A stretch of 64,000 nucleotides of DNA from positions 1,344,001 through 1,408,000 of the forward strand of contig OZ242010.1 of assembly GCA_965204745.1 (NCBI GenBank), read 5' to 3'. Numbering within the stretch: the first letter of the stretch is position 1; every line of letters begins with the position of its first letter. Position numbers and translations under genes: made by a program. Under the pieces are notes generated by a model. It was given only the letters and a program-made list of their open reading frames with translations. It did not search any database and was not told where the DNA came from. Source of the DNA: Candidatus Latescibacterota bacterium (GTDB lineage: Bacteria; Latescibacterota; UBA2968). This document shows, piece by piece, positions 59,089 to 64,000 of the stretch.

Positions 59089-60210
59089 TTACCAATCGAT
59101 CACGGACCCGTCGTCCGGGTGATAGGATTTTCGATTGGTCCAGTCGTGGTCGATTTTGTCTTCCATTTTGTCGTCGTCGAGTTCGATCCCCAAGCCCGGG
59201 CCTTTGGGCAGGGCCACGTACCCATCCGCAAATTGAAACGGTTCTTTGAGATAATCCTCGCCAAACATGGTGTGTTCTTGCGCGAGGAAATTGGGGATGC
59301 TCGCGTCGAGTTGGATGCAGGCGGCCAATGAAATCGGACCGAGCGGGCAATGCGGGGCAACGGCTGCGTAATAGGATTCGGCCATGCCCGCGATAAGGCG
59401 CGTCTCAAAAATGCCGCCCGCGTGCGACAAGTCGGGTTGCACGATGGAACACGCGCGTTTTTCCAACAAATCGCGGAACCCCCACTTGGTAAAAACGCGC
59501 TCGCCCGTCGCAATGGGCAAATGGGTCTTGCGGGCGAGTTCGGCCATCCCCTCCACATCTTGGCACTGAATCGGCTCTTCGACAAACATCGGCTGGTACG
59601 GCTCGAGGGCCTTGATGAGCACCGCCGCAGTTTGCGGGGAAACCGCGCCGTGAAAGTCGATGGCAATGTCGAAATCCGCGCCCCCGGCTTCGCGCATCGC
59701 AGCAAAGGTCTTGACCGCGTGGTCGATAAAGGCCGGATTTTCGACAATGCGCGGCGGCCGGATTTTGGCCGGCCCGGTCTTGATGGCAATAAACCCCTGT
59801 GCCTTGCGCTCTTTGACCGCGGCCGCGGCCTGTTCGGGTGTGCTCGCGCCCGTGCCCTTGTACATCTTGATGCGGTCGCGCAAAGGCCCGCCGAGCATCT
59901 CGTAAACCGGCATGCCCGCTGCTTTGCCCGCGAGATCCCACAGGGCTTGCTCCACGCCGGACAGGGCACTGGTGAGAATGGGCCCGCCGCGATAAAATGC
60001 GTGGCGATACATGGCCTGCCAGTGATGCACCACGCGCCGCGGGTCTTTGCCGATGAGATAGGGCGCGAGTTCGGCCACGGCTTGCGCGCATGTGCGGGCG
60101 CGGCCTTCGAGGATGGGCTCTCCCAGGCCGACGAGGCCCTCGTCCGTGTGCATCTTCAAAAACAACCAGCGCGGCTTGACGAGAAAGGTTTCGAGTTTTG
60201 TGATTTTCAT
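59089..60210 (-). CDS. dgoD: Galactonate dehydratase (enolase superfamily)
   Basis: MKITKLETF..PRWLFLK, FYRGGP, DFHG, EEP, TGER, QPDLSHAGG and HCPLGP motifs. Confidence 0.85.
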   Translation of the reverse strand: MKITKLETFLVKPRWLFLKMHTDEGLVGLGEPILEGRARTCAQAVAELAPYLIGKDPRRVVHHWQAMYRHAFYRGGPILTSALSGVEQALWDLAGKAAGMPVYEMLGGPLRDRIKMYKGTGASTPEQAAAAVKERKAQGFIAIKTGPAKIRPPRIVENPAFIDHAVKTFAAMREAGGADFDIAIDFHGAVSPQTAAVLIKALEPYQPMFVEEPIQCQDVEGMAELARKTHLPIATGERVFTKWGFRDLLEKRACSIVQPDLSHAGGIFETRLIAGMAESYYAAVAPHCPLGPISLAACIQLDASIPNFLAQEHTMFGEDYLKEPFQFADGYVALPKGPGLGIELDDDKMEDKIDHDWTNRKSYHPDDGSVIDW

Positions 60211-60462
60211 GATAGCTCCTTGAAGCGGTCAGCGGTCAGCAATGCGTCAATATAAAAATGTAGGGTATAGCGTGCAACCACTGATTAACGCTACAACTGC
60301 CTCATCATCGCCTCTCCCCTCTTGTATCTTTGGGCGAGCACGGGGACATCGCCCAAAAAGGTGAGAGGTGAGAGGCAAGACGGGAGAAGACCTACACTCA
60401 CTGCTCGCCTTTGAACAGGCTGTCGCCAGTTGTACCCCGCTCGTGCCTTTTGCGGCTAACCC

Positions 60463-60553
60463 CCTCTTACGTCTTGCCTCTTACGTCTTGCCTCTTACGT
60501 CTTGCCTCTTACGTCTTGCCTCTCACCTCTTGCCTCTTACGTCTTACGTCTCA
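60463..60553. repeat. Heptamer microsatellite C[CG]TCTT[AG] (reverse of the GCAAGAG family); contains the folB stop codon
   Basis: Direct reading. Confidence 0.9.
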
Positions 60554-60890
60554 CCTCCACTTCAACGCCATCGAAGTTGACGGGTACTGGTGGGTTGGGT
60601 TTTCGCACGCGCACCAGCAGGTTTATCAAGCCCAATTCCGATTGCAAGACGTCGGCGATGCGGTCCGCCAAGGCTTCGATCAGGCCGAATCGCTCGCCTG
60701 TCACCACTTGCTCAACCAGCGTGCAAACGTGCGGGTAATCCACGGTTTGCGGGGGATTGCCGCGGGCGAATCCGCTAAAGTCGCCATAGACCTCGACATC
60801 GACCTCAAATTTCTGGCCGAGTTTGGCTTCTTCTTCAAACAAGCCGTGGTGCGCGTAAAAGGCCATGTTTTTGATTCTGAGAATGTCCAT
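60537..60890 (-). CDS. folB: Dihydroneopterin aldolase
   Basis: FYAHHG...EE..LGQ.F.VD, TVDY, LIE.LA and VRKP motifs. Confidence 0.93.
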   Translation of the reverse strand: MDILRIKNMAFYAHHGLFEEEAKLGQKFEVDVEVYGDFSGFARGNPPQTVDYPHVCTLVEQVVTGERFGLIEALADRIADVLQSELGLINLLVRVRKPNPPVPVNFDGVEVEVRRKT

Positions 60891-60902
60891 TATGCGTCCC
60901 TT

Positions 60903-61877
60903 TCACGTTTGCACAAAGGGCAATGCGACCACTTCGGCTTGGGCATTGTCCGAGAGCAACACCCGTTGCCCTGCCTCGTGATACCCTCGGCGCATAATGG
61001 CGAGCGCGATGATGCGATTGAGGCCGAGTGAGTTCACGCACGTCGTGATGCGGCCAACGGGTTTGCCATTGACCGTCACATCGCCGCTCGTTGCGTGATT
61101 CAGCAACAGGCCGGTTAGGTAGCGGCGAGGGCGCCCGCGAAAGTGCATTTTGGCGATCACCTCTTGCCCGATGTAGCATCCCTTGTCAAAATCCACCGCG
61201 CCGTACAAGCCCGCCTCGAGGGGCGCGACCGACTCGTCGATCTCCGCGCCGTATCGGGGAATCCCGGCTTCAACCCGAAGGATTTCCGCGACCTGTTGCC
61301 CTATCGGCGTCCCCCCGGCTGAGACGAGGGCCTGCCACAGGGAATCGGCACGATCTCGCGCAATGTGGAGGTCGCATCCCGGTTCGCCGGTAAATGACCG
61401 CGCCGTGACCCAAACCGGGACACCCTCAAAATCCCGCACAAGCGTATGGTGTTCGGGCAAATCAGGGGACACGTTGCCGACGACTTGACCGAGCACGGCT
61501 CGGGCTTCCGGCCCCTGCACCCCAAAAATTGCCCACGCATCGGATTCGTCTGACAGCGCGACATCGTCCGCGATCAAATACCGATCCAGCGTGTCGATGA
61601 GTTTTGCAACAAGCCCGGCCTCTGTTTCCAGCCAAACGCCGTTTTCCAAGCGGTGGACCCAAACATCCAACAGGGTTTGTCCCCGTGCGGACACGACTGT
61701 TGCGTAATTGCCTTGGTTTTCAGCCAGGGATTCAACAGCGTTGGTGACCATGCCGTGCAAGAATCGCAGACAATCCGCCCCGGTTGCACGCACTTTGCCC
61801 CGGTTGCTACGGTTGAACACCCCCGCGCCTTCCCGAACAGCGCGATACTGCGTTTCCACATCTCGAAGCAATGTCAT
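60903..61877 (-). CDS. Folate-binding GcvT/YgfZ-family protein
   Basis: G.D..RFL.G..TN, R.EAG.P and KGCYIGQE motifs. Confidence 0.88.
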   Translation of the reverse strand: MTLLRDVETQYRAVREGAGVFNRSNRGKVRATGADCLRFLHGMVTNAVESLAENQGNYATVVSARGQTLLDVWVHRLENGVWLETEAGLVAKLIDTLDRYLIADDVALSDESDAWAIFGVQGPEARAVLGQVVGNVSPDLPEHHTLVRDFEGVPVWVTARSFTGEPGCDLHIARDRADSLWQALVSAGGTPIGQQVAEILRVEAGIPRYGAEIDESVAPLEAGLYGAVDFDKGCYIGQEVIAKMHFRGRPRRYLTGLLLNHATSGDVTVNGKPVGRITTCVNSLGLNRIIALAIMRRGYHEAGQRVLLSDNAQAEVVALPFVQT

Positions 61878-62004
61878 AGATGCTCCTTTCTTTTGTGGAT
61901 GCCATTATCATTCTGTTGCCTAATCCGCGCAATGTCTATATAATAAGCGGTCAGTTGTCAGTTGTCAGTTGTCAGTTGTCAGTTGTCAGTTGTCAGTTGT
62001 CAGT

Positions 62005-62631
62005 GGCGTTGTTGCATAAATGTTGTCGTGGCTAAGTTCGTCCCTTTCCCGCTAGATTTAAGCCCCTCTTTCTATGGGATAGGACACGGGTTTCGCGCTC
62101 ATCATCAGGCGATTGAGCACCGCACATCCTAACCGCGCTTCCACATTCAAATCGCCCTGTCGCCGGCAGAGGGTCGTATGATCGGGCACGCGCAAAGCCA
62201 CCCCCATCAACGCCAGGATGGACGTGAGAAACCCCTCGGTTTGACGCAGGGGCAAGGCAGAGACCAAGCGCACCATCAACGCCGTTTGAATAGCCAAATC
62301 TGAAAAGGTGTTTTGCCTCCCCCGTTGCGTTGGCCCTTGATGGTACCACCCCCGAAGAGCTTGCGGCGTGATCCAAAACGTCAGACTGCCCCGCTGCTTG
62401 AGACCGGCCTCGTAGGCCGCCCAGTTCCGAACCCGATAGACAGGCTCACAGCGCGGGCGACGAAGGCGACGAGGGGCCTTGACGGCGGTCTTGGAAGCGG
62501 TTATCTTGGGCATGACAGGTTCCTGGTGAGAAAGGGTGAGTGGTTTCGGTGCTCCATATGCCCAATCTACGAAGGAGCCTGTCTTTTTGCAATCCCAACT
62601 CGCAGGCAATAGCGATTTATGCAACAACGCC
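62005..62631 (-). mobile_element. Internally deleted IS5-family (IS903-like) element
   Basis: Perfect 17-bp TIRs GGCGTTGTTGCATAAAT; 9-bp target duplication GTTGTCAGT. Confidence 0.9.
62058..62513 (-). pseudogene. IS903-like transposase lacking the DDE core
   Basis: Y.V.NW..Y..GL..RGSLTFW, LRQTEGF and PD.TTL.RR fused directly to the C-terminal VLNR segment. Confidence 0.85.
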
Positions 62632-62713
62632 GTTGTCAGTGGTCAGTGGTCAGTGGTCAGTGGTCAGTCCTCTCAACCCCCAGTCCCGCTCGTGGCTAAA
62701 CCATCTACGTCTT

Positions 62714-63892
62714 ATGGAATCCGAACGCAATATTCTCGATCACCTTTCCGTTCTCGCACGTTGGCGGCGGATGATTTTTTTTTGTGTTTTTGCGGTCACG
62801 CTGGTCACGGCCGGGATTTCCCTGATCTTGCCCAAAGCGTACCGTGCGTATGCCACGGTCTATCCCCCGCAGGAAACCGGCAGTGGCCTTGGCGGGTTGT
62901 CTGCCCTGTTGCAAGAACTGCCCATCAACCTGATGGGCTTGGGCGGCGCGGCCATATCCGCGATGGAATTTGTACCTGTGGTGGAAAGCGAAAGCGTGCG
63001 TTTGGCCGTTGCCAAGCGGTTTGACTTGGGCGCGCACTACGAGGCCAGTCACCAGAGCGAGTTGCTCGACATGATCGCCCAACGCCTGATCATCGACCTC
63101 TCGCGCGAGCAATTTCTCACCATTTCCTACGAAGCCGACACCCCTGAACGCGCGGCGATGTTGACCAATGCCTTTGTCGAGGAACTCGAAAACGCCCTCC
63201 AGCAGCGCAACCAGCAACAGACGCGCACGTACCTCGCCTATCTCACAGAACGGCTCAAAGAAGCGGAACGAGACATGCTCGATGCCGAGCGACGGTATCG
63301 GGATTTTCAGAACGAGCACATGGTCTTAAACGTAGAGGCCCAAGCCACGACCCAGTTGGAAATCGCGTCCACGCTCATCAGCCCGCTCGCAGAGTTGATC
63401 GTCAAGCGCGACGTGCAAGCGCAACTGATGACCGCAGACAATCCCAAACTCAAAGCCCTCGACCTCGAAATCCAAACCACGCGCCAAGTGCTCGACGATT
63501 TGCTCATGGGACAATTCCCGGACACCCTGAACACCGCGGACCCCTCGGCGCAACTGCCACCGGTTTTCAAACCCTTTCGGCACCTGCCCGACTTGGGCCT
63601 GACCGCGTTGCAACACCTCCGGGAGATTCAAATCCAAAACGCCATCTATCAATTCGTCAAACAAGAGTACGAAAAGACCCGGTTTGAAGATGAAAAAGGC
63701 AGCCATCTCGTCATCGTCTTAGACCACGCCCGACCTCCGGACACGCGCAGCTATCCCCGCCGCACCCTCATGGTCGGCCTCGCCGGCGGGCTTAGTCTGA
63801 CATTGAGTTGCGTGCTGGCCTTTGTCTTTGAAGCGATGCGGAACTTGACTCCGGACAACCGGGCGAAACTCGAGGCCATTGGAAAAAGGTAA
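62714..63892 (+). CDS. Wzz/GumC-like polysaccharide chain-length determinant
   Basis: N-terminal TM with P..Y.A, a coiled coil, then VLD.A.PP...S.P.R and a C-terminal TM. Confidence 0.85.
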   Translation: MESERNILDHLSVLARWRRMIFFCVFAVTLVTAGISLILPKAYRAYATVYPPQETGSGLGGLSALLQELPINLMGLGGAAISAMEFVPVVESESVRLAVAKRFDLGAHYEASHQSELLDMIAQRLIIDLSREQFLTISYEADTPERAAMLTNAFVEELENALQQRNQQQTRTYLAYLTERLKEAERDMLDAERRYRDFQNEHMVLNVEAQATTQLEIASTLISPLAELIVKRDVQAQLMTADNPKLKALDLEIQTTRQVLDDLLMGQFPDTLNTADPSAQLPPVFKPFRHLPDLGLTALQHLREIQIQNAIYQFVKQEYEKTRFEDEKGSHLVIVLDHARPPDTRSYPRRTLMVGLAGGLSLTLSCVLAFVFEAMRNLTPDNRAKLEAIGKR

Positions 63893-63893
63893 G

Positions 63894-64000
63894 ATACTCT
63901 CTTAAAAGGTCAAGGGGTTTTCGGGGTGATTCGATAGAATTTTTCGCCCTCAAAATCTTGGTCATGGCGCAACATGCCCCAGATCGAATGGAGCAACTTT
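63894..64000 (-). mobile_element. Second IS110 copy (right end; runs off the window)
   Basis: Identical to 43681 onward; preceded by the same AGGTA-AG. Confidence 0.92.

Larger units (their letters stand above)
61951..62670. repeat. Heptamer microsatellite TCAGT[TG]G split by an IS (arms 61951-62004 and 62632-62670)
   Basis: Direct reading. Confidence 0.9.

Noticed and set aside
1-64000. tRNA or rRNA genes and prophage structural genes
   Set aside because: None recognised by eye; a tRNAscan/Infernal run would be needed to exclude small RNAs.

Overview
Bacterial chromosomal window with moderately high GC. A housekeeping backbone (efp-accB-accC-gcvH, trpS-scpAB-rluB, mreD-mrdA-rodA, comM, rlmN, larC, glnA, an RpoD-family sigma factor, an NtrB/C-like pair, glnD, dgoD, folB, wzz-like) lies between and around two paralogous defence islands (1-9840 and 45108-55493). 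Both islands carry an Eco57I/type IIG-like adenine methyltransferase whose cores are near-identical up to the NPPY motif and whose C-terminal specificity regions differ. Both end in a DUF104-vapC pair with a dead toxin. In both, most genes are separated by copies of a palindromic element (TGTCTGAATCGCGGATT...AATCCGCGATTCAGACA) that supplies the stop codon of four genes. The clearest mechanistic signal is an IS110 element (43681-44971, second copy from 63894). Its non-coding end contains four readable bridge-RNA guides that match its own donor junction and a genomic heptamer repeat used as target. Other notable features are a BrnT toxin coupled to a 1311-aa nuclease-like protein, a TIR-TPR protein, a three-gene DUF6978/DUF1828/Schlafen operon, a structured ORF-less 460-bp element between accB and accC, anchored heptamer microsatellites and two sigma54 promoters. 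Family names come from motif recognition by eye; no database searches were run.
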